Of a stretch of DNA of 36,028 nucleotides, positions 25,672-35,846 are shown piece after piece. Position 1 is the first letter of the stretch; the number at the start of each line of letters is the position of its first letter. This DNA comes from Candidatus Margulisiibacteriota bacterium. GTDB lineage: Bacteria > Margulisbacteria > WOR-1 > O2-12-FULL-45-9. A program made the translations under genes and the position numbers. The notes beneath the pieces are model-generated. The model had not been told where the DNA came from. It was given only the letters and a program-made list of their open reading frames with translations, and did no database searches. The stretch spans positions 1 through 36,028 of the forward strand of contig JAYEOW010000035.1 in NCBI GenBank assembly GCA_034723395.1. The letters run 5' to 3'.

Positions 25672-28053
25672 ATGAATGAAGATCTATTACAAGTAAAACA
25701 GATCCTCCGTAAAAGTCCGGATGACCCGCGAATCCTCCGGGCGGCCGGACGCTGTTATTTAAGTGAGGGAGAATATAAACGGGCGCGTGATTATTACCTG
25801 CAAGCCGAAGCTTTTGCCCCTGATTATCTACCCGGGATCATTCTCGAGTATGAAAAAGCGATCAACCGCAACGAAAAGGATATTGGGATCAGGCTCTCTC
25901 TGGCGTCCTTTAAACTGTCCCTGGGTGAGACCGATGCCTGTGTGTTGGAGCTTGAAGAGGCGCTGGAAATAGATCCAAAAAGTGTGGAAGTCTACAATGT
26001 TTTGGGGAGAATTTATATTAAACAAGAGCGGATCGATGAGGTTATCGAACTGCTCGAAAGATCGGTCGCCTATGGAGTACGGGACGTTGCCTTGACTGAA
26101 ATATTAGCAAACGCTTATGTAGAGAAGGGGAGGCTTAGAGAGGCGATTAAATTTTATGAGGAGCTTTTATCGTTCCAGCCAGGCGACAAAAGGACATTAA
26201 GGGTCTTAGGAGAGCTCTATTCCCGCATCGAAGAATATAACCGGGCGGCAGACTTTTTCCAGGCGATGTTTTCGGACGATCCTGAAGTAGCCCGTGAGGT
26301 TATCCAGCAGCTTCAAGGATTACTTAAAAAGGTGGAGGGGAATATTTATATCCGGGAGATTTTAGCGAATGTTTACATGCGTTCGCTCAAACCGGAGGCG
26401 GCGGTCGATAAACTTAGCGAAGTTCTGCGGCTCGACCCGGCAAAACTGCAAGAGGTTATCCCTAAATTTAAAAATATATTAAAGAGCTATCCCGACCATC
26501 CCGAAGCGACCTTGGCAATGGCCGCGGCGCTGCGGATAAAAGGGAGCTTTAGCGAAGCGGTCGAAGCTTATTACTATCTTTAAAAAAAACGGCCGGAGTT
26601 TTTGGAGGATGCAATAAAAGGATACAAAAAAGTGCTGGAACTTTGCCCGCAGCAGATCCTGGCTAGGAACCATCTGGCCGAAGCCTTTCTATACAGGAAA
26701 CGAATCGATGAAGCCCTTTTAGAATTTGAGAACATTGTGCGGATTGATCCGAGCGCAGCCGATAATATTGTCGTTAAATGCCGCGAAATAATAAAAGGGA
26801 ACCCAAAACTCCTTTTAGCCCGCCTGGTATTGGGGCGTGCCTATCTGATAAAAAATGATCTCCAACGAGCGGCAATGGAGGGTGAAGGGATCGTAAACAT
26901 TGATAATAAATTTACCGCTGCCTACCTCCTTTTAGGTGAAGTTTATTTTAGGATGAAGCTTTGCCGGAAAGCGGTTGGCGCGCTGCGAACCGCTATGTCG
27001 ATGGAGCCGTATAATAATCTTGTACTGGAAGAGTACCGGGTGGCGATGGAACGGGAACTAGAGATGGAGATAGAGTCAAAAAAAGGGCGGATTAAAGAGG
27101 ACCAGTGGATGATCTCGCTCCACCTCGACCTGGCAAAACTATATATAAAGAAGGGCTTAAAGGAAGAGACGATCAGAGAACTGCAGATTGCGGCAAAAGA
27201 CCAGGCGAGGGCAGCTTATGCCTATGAATTGATGGGGCGGATCTATCGGAAAGATGGCCGCTTAGACCTGGCTGCCGGGCAGTTTGCAAAGGCTAAAGAG
27301 GTCCTTTCGGACCAATCAGCAGATTTTGAAAAAACGATTACTTTTAATCTCGGAACAGCCTGTGAAGGTGAAGGGGATATTCAAAAAGCGCTTGATATCT
27401 ATGAGGGGGTCCTGCAGGAGGATATCGATTTCGGAAATTTAGCGGAGAAGATCGAATACTTAAAATCGAGCAGCTTGCATAGTTTACGAGATAAAGCACT
27501 TCTAGCGGTTGTTTCCAATCCGTTAAAAGGAGAGATCGTAGCTGCCTGGGGGAGAGAGGGGAAGGCGGTCCACCGTGGCAAAAGCGAAGTGATGAGTGTT
27601 TCTTTTGGCCAGAATTATAATACTTCCGGTTTTGAATATTTCATTAAGGGGATGTATAAAGCGGCGGCTGAAGAGTTTTCACTGGCCGTACAGCTGGATT
27701 CAAACTTTGCCGTTGGGCTGAACAATTTGGGTATTACCCTGGCGAAGGAGGGGAAGCTGGCTGAGGCAAAAATGAGGCTGGAGAATGCGATCCATTTATA
27801 TCCAGGCTCAGCGGTGATCCGCAATAACCTCGGAGTGATCTATCTGCTTTTAAAAGATATCGAAAAATCCCGGATCGAGTTGGAAGCCGCGCTGGCGATC
27901 GACCCTAAGCTTTGCGCAACCTGTATTAATTTGGGGGATGCTTATTATTTTAAAGGTGATATAGAAAAAGCGGTCAGGTTGTACAGCAAGGTCGGGAACT
28001 TCGATCTCTTAACCGATATAGCTAACCAGAGATTATTATATAAAATCCCTTAA
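25672..28053 (+). CDS. Long tetratricopeptide-repeat protein (~793 codons) interrupted by one in-frame TAA at 26581-26583 (ORFs 25672-26583 and 26602-28053)
   Basis: TPR motifs throughout both ORFs; both are in the same frame and the intervening codons read KKRPEF. Confidence 0.75.
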
Positions 28054-28061
28054 TCGCTAAA

Positions 28062-30332
28062 ATGAAACAAATTTGGCTGCCGCTCATTTTTTTTCTATTT
28101 ATCTCTCCTGTTTTTGCTGAGGAAGTCGATGTAAATATTAAGGCGGATAAGTTAAGGCAGATCGAGGGAACTTCGATTATTGAGGCCTCGGGTTCGGTCG
28201 AGGTTGAGTTAAAAGGGATAATAATCAAGGCCGATAAAATTCGGATGGACTCAGATACCAATATTGTTGTTGCGGAGGGGAACGTTAGGGTAATAACCGA
28301 GGACTATGACGCTCTTTCGGAACAATTAATTTACGATTCAAATTTTGATAAATCGAGTTTTAATGATTTTGAAACGAAGCTTGCCCCATCAAATTTAAAG
28401 GGAGAGCTTTTTGTATTTGCTGAAAACCTGGATGAAAAGGCGGAAAAGCTGGAAGGGAGCGGAGGGAGCGTTACTACCTGCGGCGACGATACTCCTCACT
28501 TTCGGACGGTGGCGGAGAAGATAGAATTTTATCCAAACGATAAGGTTATCGGTTATAACGTAACGATCTATGTCGGCCGATTTCCCGCGCTCTGGACCCC
28601 TTTTATGTATTATGATCTAAAGCGGAAGCAAAAAAGGAACTGGGAGATCGGCCGCAACGAGGTTGAAGGGGATTTCTTTAAGTCGACCTGGGATTATCCG
28701 TACGGAACCCTCTATCTTGACCTGATGCAAAAAAAGGGATTCGGCTACGGAATCGAGAACGAATATGTTTTAGGGGCGCTCGGGCTTGGGACCCTCTTTC
28801 TCTATCACCTCGATGAAAATGATACTGGGATCTCCAACTGGGTAACCCGGATTGACCATAAAAAACAATTAAATCAATGGACGAACCTTAGTTTAAATCA
28901 CAGTTATACGGCGACTTATCTTATTCCGGCGGGAAGGCGTGATCAGACCGCCTTTGGTTTAGACTTGAATTATAACCATAAAGCGAGATGGGGAATTGAA
29001 TTCGATTCGTTGGATGACCGTATCGGTTCACTGCAAAAATATTCGGGGAATTTTAACCAGGCTCACAATAAGGTAAGCTCAAATTATTCTTATAATTATG
29101 AGTTTTCCAAGAAAGACCCAAAATGGATCCGCTCTTCCCAGCGCCTTACCCACCGCCGCCCCTTGTGGTCGGATAATGTGATATTCAGCGGTAAGATCGA
29201 TTATCACAATTATGTTTCGAGCGGAGGAGAACCGGGAGATGAGAGGCTGGAGCCCAAGTTTGAGATAACCGGCAGGGAGAAAAATTATACTTGGACTGTC
29301 CGCGAAAATCTATATATTGACATGGATAAGGATATTTTTGTCGGAGATAATAATTATCAATATCTGGAAAGAAAGCCAGAAGTGACCATATCCCCAAATC
29401 CTTTGGACCTTAACCTTTTTACATTAAGTCCGGTAGTAGGCTACGGTAATTTTCATGAAGTAAGGTATGTGTCTCAGCTCGGCAGGAATCGCGATTTTTC
29501 CACCGAACGTTATCAGGCAACTATAAATGCCAATAAAAACGTCCAACTTCCAATAGGGACAGCTATGGCCCTGGGGGCGGGAGTCGACCAGTTTGTTTAC
29601 GCTACCGACGACCGGCGTTACGCTTACCGGGAGAAGGTATCTTTGCGAACGGACCTTTTTGGGTTTGTCAATAATAATATACATTATAAAAAGGGATTGT
29701 CAGACGGTAATTCTCCCTTCTTGTTCGACCAGCTGGGGAGTAATTACCACAATGTTTCTGAAAATTTAACATTTTCGTATTTAAACAAGCTAAGCTGGTC
29801 GAACAGTGGCGGGTATAACTGGCAGACCGAAAAGTGGTTTGATGTGATGAGCAGATTGAATTATACGCCGACTGCTAAACTGGGATTAGAGATCCGTTCC
29901 GGATGGGATATAGAAAACAGGGTATATAAAGACCTGGTCAACAGGTTAAGGGTATCACCGCAAAGCTTTTTTTCCATGCAATTTTCTACTGTTTCAGATA
30001 TGAATATCGGCACGCTAAAATCGGGGAGCATTCTTTACGACATGTTTTTTTTGGAAGGAGAACCGAACCAGTGGCGCTTAAAGTTTGGCCAGATATTCGA
30101 ACCCTCCACTCAGCAGTTTAAGGTACGTGATATAATGGTGGTCAAAGACCTGCATTGCTGGGAGATGAAATATACTTATTCTGATTTTAGGAAAGAGTTT
30201 AGTTTTTCTTTCAGCCTAAAAGCATTGCCGGATGAACCATTTGGAGTATCCTCAGGGAGAGGATTCTATTATGATGGATTTGAGAAAGGGATAAAAGAGA
30301 TTAAGAGTGGAGGAGATGTTAGAAGATACTGA
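28062..30332 (+). CDS. lptD: LPS-assembly protein LptD-like (OstA-like N-terminal domain plus beta-barrel)
   Basis: Signal peptide VFA-E; IKADKL..ASGSV..ADKI..AEGNV jellyroll; TTC..PHF; C-terminal DLHCWE; lpt gene context. Confidence 0.8.
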   Translation: MKQIWLPLIFFLFISPVFAEEVDVNIKADKLRQIEGTSIIEASGSVEVELKGIIIKADKIRMDSDTNIVVAEGNVRVITEDYDALSEQLIYDSNFDKSSFNDFETKLAPSNLKGELFVFAENLDEKAEKLEGSGGSVTTCGDDTPHFRTVAEKIEFYPNDKVIGYNVTIYVGRFPALWTPFMYYDLKRKQKRNWEIGRNEVEGDFFKSTWDYPYGTLYLDLMQKKGFGYGIENEYVLGALGLGTLFLYHLDENDTGISNWVTRIDHKKQLNQWTNLSLNHSYTATYLIPAGRRDQTAFGLDLNYNHKARWGIEFDSLDDRIGSLQKYSGNFNQAHNKVSSNYSYNYEFSKKDPKWIRSSQRLTHRRPLWSDNVIFSGKIDYHNYVSSGGEPGDERLEPKFEITGREKNYTWTVRENLYIDMDKDIFVGDNNYQYLERKPEVTISPNPLDLNLFTLSPVVGYGNFHEVRYVSQLGRNRDFSTERYQATINANKNVQLPIGTAMALGAGVDQFVYATDDRRYAYREKVSLRTDLFGFVNNNIHYKKGLSDGNSPFLFDQLGSNYHNVSENLTFSYLNKLSWSNSGGYNWQTEKWFDVMSRLNYTPTAKLGLEIRSGWDIENRVYKDLVNRLRVSPQSFFSMQFSTVSDMNIGTLKSGSILYDMFFLEGEPNQWRLKFGQIFEPSTQQFKVRDIMVVKDLHCWEMKYTYSDFRKEFSFSFSLKALPDEPFGVSSGRGFYYDGFEKGIKEIKSGGDVRRY

Positions 30333-30344
30333 TGAAAAATAATT

Positions 30345-30465
30345 CCTCACCCCGCCTCGTCCCCTTCGACAAGCTCAGGGGACTCGGCACCTCTCTCCAT
30401 GAAATGGAGAGGGGGGAATGCTCATGGTTAAACGTAGGATCCTTTCTCCACAGAGTGGAGAAGGG
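30345..30465. repeat. Composite REP-like element: CCTCACCCC/CTCTCC-GGAGAG family with nested CCCTTCGACAAGCTCAGGG hairpin
   Basis: CCTCACCCC 30345; GTCCCC-TTCGACAAGCTCA-GGGGAC 30359-30383; hairpins at 30390-30414 and 30441-30464. Confidence 0.75.
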
Positions 30466-30475
30466 AATAAAAGGG

Positions 30476-31114
30476 ATGAGGATTGGATTTTGGATTTTGA
30501 TCTTGGTGATTAGTCTGACAGGATGCGCCAAAACAGTGACTCAGATAGTTTCGTACGGGAGCCAGATGACGGTAGAGATTACACTGCGGGGAAATTTTGA
30601 TGCAGCTGTTAACCGTTATTTCCTAGTCCTTGGATCGGGTTCTAATCTAGCGGTCCCGCTGCCTCCGCCGGATAATATTACCTACGAGATGCTTGAACCC
30701 GGTGATACACCGGTGCAAGGAGATGTTGCAGATTATTATTCCACGTACTATGATACTTGGGCAGGTTATATTATAATTGACCCAGGTGGATACTATCTGG
30801 TGAAAGGGCCCTTTGTGCAGGACCAAACGAATACGCGAGAGGCGATCGCCAATCTGGGCGACCCCAATAATAAATTGAGTTTTGATTTTAATCTGAGCAA
30901 GATTTTTGGCAATTCGGTTCCTGATCAGATCTATTTTGATTTTGTCAGCGTTGCCTGGCCTGACGGGCAGGAAAAACTCCCTTCCGATCATTTATCAGCG
31001 ACTAATCCCTATATCTCCAAGCTCGTAGGATCGATCAAAAATATAGATAACGGGGACGATACAAGTGTGGACGCGGTTTTGGATATCACGAGGTGTGACG
31101 TTGAAATTCAGTAA
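30476..31114 (+). CDS. Hypothetical lipoprotein (frame open from ATG 30332; the lipoprotein signal starts at ATG 30476)
   Basis: MRIGFWILILVISLTG-C lipobox; the upstream 48 codons are mostly repeat-derived. Confidence 0.75.
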   Translation: MRIGFWILILVISLTGCAKTVTQIVSYGSQMTVEITLRGNFDAAVNRYFLVLGSGSNLAVPLPPPDNITYEMLEPGDTPVQGDVADYYSTYYDTWAGYIIIDPGGYYLVKGPFVQDQTNTREAIANLGDPNNKLSFDFNLSKIFGNSVPDQIYFDFVSVAWPDGQEKLPSDHLSATNPYISKLVGSIKNIDNGDDTSVDAVLDITRCDVEIQ

Positions 31115-32621
31115 ACTGGTTATTCTTTCCGCTTTATCAGGAATATTATTAGCTTTGGCCTTTCCCAAGTTCAATCTTTTTTGGATCGCCTGGTTTGCCC
31201 TGGTCCCGCTGTTTATTGCGCTGGGGAATACGAAGAATTGGAAAGAGTCGGTCATTTGCGGTTTTTTCTTTGGAACAGTTTTTTTTGGGATCCATCTTTC
31301 CTGGATGAACTCTCTTTTTAGGTTTGTTGGCTGGTGGGTAGTCTTGGGATGGGCGAGTTTAATATTGTTTCAAACCCTCTTTATTTTGTTATTCGCGCTA
31401 ATTTTTCGTGTTTTTATCTCCGATTTTTCGGACCCCCGCATGACCTCGAATATTTTTCAGTCTGAGGCAACTGCCTTGGTAGGGGGACGCCGTAAGGATT
31501 TAATAATTATCAGCAGCTTAAAACGGATCGCTTATGTTTTTTTTGTCGCGGTCTTATGGATCTTTATCGAATGGTTGAGGGCCTGGGGGCCGTTTGGGGT
31601 AACGGGAGGAGTGGTCGGATATACCCAGGTTAATATGCTCCCCTTGATCCAGATTGCTTCTTTTAGCTCAGTTTACGGGGTAAGTTTTATCGTCGTAATG
31701 TTTAATGTTTCGCTTGCCCTTTTTGTTGTCAATTATAGAAAATGGCAGCCCCTTTTCATTTTGTCCCTTATCATAGCTCTCTGTGTCGGGCATGGGATGC
31801 AAGTGATCAAAGCACAAGTGGGGGCCAAGGGAAAAAGATCGATATCCGATGTTTTACGCGGTTCGGTTAAGACTGTAAGGCTTAGTTTAATTCAGCCGAA
31901 CATTGATCAAAAAGATAAACTGGATGCCAGTATGATCATGTCGACATTTAATATTAATGATCAGCTTACCCGCAAGGCAGCCTTTTCCTCCCGTCCGGAT
32001 ATCGTAGTTTGGCCGGAGACGGCGGTGTTTGCTTATTTATTGGACGATCCGATCTTGCTGGCAAAAATAAGGAGGCTTTTAATCGAGACTAACACGTGGT
32101 TGATCACGGGAACCCCTTTTTACAGAGAGGGGAAGGCTTACAATTCCATCGTTTCCTTTTCTCCAAGGGGTGAGGTTATCTCCCGTTATGATAAGGAGCG
32201 GCCGGTGCCTTTTAGTGAGTATCTTCCATTTAGAAAGCTACTTTATCCGCTATTAAAGGGAGTAGGGTATTATGATGGTGAGTTTAGCGCAAATAAGGAC
32301 CCTCAAGCAATTGAAGCTAAGCGGATAAAGATTGCTGCGGCAATCTGTTTTGAATCGACCTTTCCTTCGTTGATCAGGAAACGCGTTGAAAATAATTCTG
32401 ATTTTATTTTGGTCTTAACCAATGATGCCTGGTTTGGTGATTCTTCAGCTCCGTATTATCATATTAATACCGGAGTTTTTAGGGCGATCGAAAACCGTAA
32501 ATATTTTATTCAAGTCGGGAACTCCGGAGTTTCGGCGGTGATCGATCCTTACGGCCGGATTTTAAGAAGGACCGATGTAAACCGGCGGGGGATATTAACC
32601 TTTGAGATACCGCTCCCCTAA
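31101..32621 (+). CDS. lnt: Apolipoprotein N-acyltransferase; start probably TTG 31101
   Basis: LALAFP, EWLR, VWPET, YDK, ICFES and TNDAWFG (E-K-C triad); SD-like GAGGTG at 31090-31095. Confidence 0.93.
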   Translation: MKFSKLVILSALSGILLALAFPKFNLFWIAWFALVPLFIALGNTKNWKESVICGFFFGTVFFGIHLSWMNSLFRFVGWWVVLGWASLILFQTLFILLFALIFRVFISDFSDPRMTSNIFQSEATALVGGRRKDLIIISSLKRIAYVFFVAVLWIFIEWLRAWGPFGVTGGVVGYTQVNMLPLIQIASFSSVYGVSFIVVMFNVSLALFVVNYRKWQPLFILSLIIALCVGHGMQVIKAQVGAKGKRSISDVLRGSVKTVRLSLIQPNIDQKDKLDASMIMSTFNINDQLTRKAAFSSRPDIVVWPETAVFAYLLDDPILLAKIRRLLIETNTWLITGTPFYREGKAYNSIVSFSPRGEVISRYDKERPVPFSEYLPFRKLLYPLLKGVGYYDGEFSANKDPQAIEAKRIKIAAAICFESTFPSLIRKRVENNSDFILVLTNDAWFGDSSAPYYHINTGVFRAIENRKYFIQVGNSGVSAVIDPYGRILRRTDVNRRGILTFEIPLP

Positions 32622-32984
32622 AACTACCGCGGCATAGTCATCTACCGGGACCGGAGGGACTCTCAGTGAAGTCGGGATTAATCTCCATAGTCCTTTAGGG
32701 CGATTATCCTTCCAGTATCGTTTGCGTGCTTCGAGGGTGGAGTTTTCCTCCGATACAAAGATGATATTGTTTTTTAGCTCCATCCGCAGGAGACTTTTTT
32801 CGAGTTCTCTCCCAAAGATACTTTTTCCCACCACAATCACTGGAACAACATGTTTTGAGAGCAGGAGGAGGATGGAATTTTTTATCTCTTTTTGCTGGAC
32901 GATCTCTTGTTCTAAAACATTGCCGTCCTTATTTAGGACAGCCAGGCCATTTTTCTCCTTGCCGGGGTCGATTGCTAATATCAT
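32595..32984 (-). CDS. YqgF/RuvX-family RNase H-fold nuclease
   Basis: LAIDPGKEK, E.NSTLEARKRYW and PVDDYAA motifs. Confidence 0.85.
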   Translation of the reverse strand: MILAIDPGKEKNGLAVLNKDGNVLEQEIVQQKEIKNSILLLLSKHVVPVIVVGKSIFGRELEKSLLRMELKNNIIFVSEENSTLEARKRYWKDNRPKGLWRLIPTSLRVPPVPVDDYAAVVLGERYLKG

Positions 32985-34036
32985 TGGTAGTAAACCATAA
33001 ATTTTATTTCAAGCGGGCCCATGGTATAAATATTCTTCCTGGCAAGCGCTTTGATAGTCGCTCCTTTTTTGTGGGAGTTTATCTTTTTTGCCAGAGCGAA
33101 GATTTCCGAGTAGGGGACCGAACCCAAAGATCCGGCCGGATCGGGGATCACCCCATCATTTTTTGCCTGCTGATGGGCGGCCGTTAGAAGTTTTTTTATT
33201 TCCTGTTCGATCCCGGGGATCGAAAGGGAGGGGGCGATATTTGTCCGGGTGACCGTCTCACCGGTTTTATAGACCAATACGTTTTCCGACAGCAGGAAAC
33301 GGACGGCGACCTCTTCGCCGAAGAGGGTGTTGCGGGTGGCGATTAACTTAACGATTACTTCCCCGTTTTTCTCGCTTAATTCCGAAACGGTTCGGTTAAA
33401 ATCATCCGGTTTGATGAAAATAAGATGTTTGTCGCTTTTTACGCCATAGCTTCTAACCTGGGAGTCAGCGGCGGAGAGAATTTGTTTTAGCCCGGTTTCG
33501 ATCTTGTCTTTTTCCGGCCCGGCTTGGATTACTGATAGCAGCAGGGTTTCATTTACCTTGAACAGGACCTTTCCTTTGCGGGAGGCCTCAACTTTTCTTT
33601 CTAAATATTTTATGTCACTGCTTAATTTATTCTTGGTCCTCTTTAGGTTCTCGATCTCGTTTCGCGATTTGTCCAGATCTTCTTTGGCTTGGGAAAGTTT
33701 CTCGTCAATTTTACCTTTTTCCGCAACGAGTGTTACCAGTTCTTTTTCTGCGTTATCTCTTTGCGAAGAGATATTAGAAAGTTCGGTGCGAAGATCTTCC
33801 AGTCCAAAAAGAGCGGTGCGCGCGTCTTGCGAAATGACCAGTAAAATTCCCAGTGTAGATAAAGCGATCAATATCCCGGTAATCACGGTAAAAATTGCAG
33901 CAGTACTGCGCGGGCGGAGTTTAAATAAACTGAGCCGCTTTCGGCCGATCGAGCGGCCGATATAATCTCCGATTATGGCAACTACTCCACCGACCACGAT
34001 AAGGAACAGGATTATCCGGGCACCGAAGGTAAACAT
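32981..34036 (-). CDS. DUF3084-family membrane-anchored coiled-coil protein
   Basis: GGVVAIIGDYIGRSIGRKRLSLFKLRPRSTA signature, then coiled coil. Confidence 0.85.
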   Translation of the reverse strand: MFTFGARIILFLIVVGGVVAIIGDYIGRSIGRKRLSLFKLRPRSTAAIFTVITGILIALSTLGILLVISQDARTALFGLEDLRTELSNISSQRDNAEKELVTLVAEKGKIDEKLSQAKEDLDKSRNEIENLKRTKNKLSSDIKYLERKVEASRKGKVLFKVNETLLLSVIQAGPEKDKIETGLKQILSAADSQVRSYGVKSDKHLIFIKPDDFNRTVSELSEKNGEVIVKLIATRNTLFGEEVAVRFLLSENVLVYKTGETVTRTNIAPSLSIPGIEQEIKKLLTAAHQQAKNDGVIPDPAGSLGSVPYSEIFALAKKINSHKKGATIKALARKNIYTMGPLEIKFMVYYQ

Positions 34037-35127
34037 TATCTAACCGCAGCCTTGGAGAGGATATAAAAACCGACCCCTCCGGTAGCGATATTTGGGAACC
34101 AGGCGGCGATCCCGGGAGTAAAGAACCCTATTTCGCCGATGGCCATGCTGATAAAGGTTAAAATATAATAAAAGAATATAACCAGGATCGAAAGCCCTAA
34201 GCCAAGCGATGAAGAAGCGCGGCGCCGGGAGATCCCGAGCGGAGCGCCCAGCAGGGCAAAGACCAACGAGGCAAAGGGGAGGGCCGTCTTCATGTTAAGC
34301 TGTAATTTGAGGTCGGTAACTTCTTCGCCCATTTTTGATTTTAGGGAGATGAACTTTTTTAATTCGGCAATGGTCATCTCTTCGGGGTTGCGGTCGCCGA
34401 TATAAAAGTCGGCCGGAGTATATTTGATCGCGATCGACTGCTCGTCAAACCTGATCAGATGCTTGTATTCGCCGCTTTTGGCAATAAGATAAATAATCCC
34501 CGATTTAAAGATCCATTCGTCCTTATTTTTAACCCAGCGGGCTTTTTTAGCGGTCAGGATTTGGGATAATTTCCCGTTGCTGAATTCCTGGACGATGACA
34601 TCCTGCATCGTGTCACCCTTAAAGGTCTCGGCATAAAAGATCCTTTTTAGCACCCCATGTTCGAGCTCGGGGACAAAGACATTTTTCTGCAGTTTGGGTT
34701 GATGTTTGCCCGATGTTTCGATCAGAAGATTTTTGGCCGCTTTATTCGATTCGGGGACGACGACCTCGGAAAATCCCAAGTTAACAAAGGAGACTAAAAG
34801 GCCGAGAAAAAGGACTGGGATAATTAGGCGATAGAGTGAAACACCAGAGGCCCTAAAGGCTACAATCTCCGAGTCTCCTGATAATCTCCCAAAAGCGAGC
34901 AGGGCGGCTAAAAGGGTCGCCATCGGGAAAATATAGACCATAATAGCCGGGAGCCTATAGATAAATATCTGCAGGGCGACAAAAAGGGGCATTCCACGCA
35001 AAACTACCGCCCGCACCAGTTCAAAAAGGATCATGCTGGCCGAAAGGATCGCGGTAAAGGAGCCTAATCCAAAAAGGAAAGGCTCAAAAAGTTCTTTGAA
35101 GATATAACGATCGATGATCTTGATCAA
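34036..35127 (-). CDS. LptF/LptG family LPS export permease
   Basis: KIIDRYIFKE, RLSGDSEIVAFRASG, LGAPLG and AWFPN motifs. Confidence 0.9.
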   Translation of the reverse strand: MIKIIDRYIFKELFEPFLFGLGSFTAILSASMILFELVRAVVLRGMPLFVALQIFIYRLPAIMVYIFPMATLLAALLAFGRLSGDSEIVAFRASGVSLYRLIIPVLFLGLLVSFVNLGFSEVVVPESNKAAKNLLIETSGKHQPKLQKNVFVPELEHGVLKRIFYAETFKGDTMQDVIVQEFSNGKLSQILTAKKARWVKNKDEWIFKSGIIYLIAKSGEYKHLIRFDEQSIAIKYTPADFYIGDRNPEEMTIAELKKFISLKSKMGEEVTDLKLQLNMKTALPFASLVFALLGAPLGISRRRASSSLGLGLSILVIFFYYILTFISMAIGEIGFFTPGIAAWFPNIATGGVGFYILSKAAVR

Positions 35128-35846
35128 AGCTCAAATTTCTCCCCGAGGTACGATTCTTTGGCTTCTTTTGAACTAGCAACTACATCAGAAGGGCCGGAGA
35201 CGAGAATCTTCCCTTTATGCATAATGTAGGCGCGATCGGTGATAGCTAGGGTCTCCCTTACGTTATGGTCGGTAATTAAAACCCCGATCCCTTTCTCCCT
35301 TAAGCTTCTGACAATGTCCTGCAGGTCAGCAACGCTCTTTGGGTCGATCCCGGTAAAGGGTTCGTCTAATAATAGGAAAGATGGATTAGTAGCCAGGGCG
35401 CGTGCGATCTCAACCCTGCGCTGCTCCCCCCCGGAAAGGGTGAAGGCCTTTTGTTTTCTTAAATGAGTAACTCCAAGCTCGTCCAACAGTTCCACCAACT
35501 TCTTTTCGTATTCGCTTTTTTTGATCCCGGGCATCAGCTGCCAGAGGATCAGGATGTTTTCTTCGACCGAAAGTTTTCTGAAGATCGACGGCTCCTGTGC
35601 CAGATAGCCGATCCCGAGGTGCGCGCGGCGGTGCATTGCCAGTTTGGTGATATCTTTATCCCCGCGGAATATCTTCCCTTCGTTAGGGCGGATCAATCCG
35701 ACGACCGTATAGAAGGTGGTCGTTTTTCCCGCGCCGTTTGGCCCCAAGAGCCCGACGATCTCCCCCTGTTTGACTTCGATCGAAACGTGATCGACTGCGC
35801 ATTTTTTGCCATAGAATTTAACAATATTTTCGGTTTTTATGAACAT
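35124..35846 (-). CDS. lptB: LPS export ABC transporter ATPase
   Basis: GPNGAGKTT, GYLAQEPSIFRKL, LSGGEQRRVEIARAL and ITDHNVRETL motifs. Confidence 0.95.
   Translation of the reverse strand: MFIKTENIVKFYGKKCAVDHVSIEVKQGEIVGLLGPNGAGKTTTFYTVVGLIRPNEGKIFRGDKDITKLAMHRRAHLGIGYLAQEPSIFRKLSVEENILILWQLMPGIKKSEYEKKLVELLDELGVTHLRKQKAFTLSGGEQRRVEIARALATNPSFLLLDEPFTGIDPKSVADLQDIVRSLREKGIGVLITDHNVRETLAITDRAYIMHKGKILVSGPSDVVASSKEAKESYLGEKFEL

Noticed and set aside
26579..26589. TTTAAAA slippery-like heptamer at the TPR stop, considered as a programmed frameshift
   Set aside because: Both ORFs are in the same frame, so a single -1 or +1 shift would not join them.
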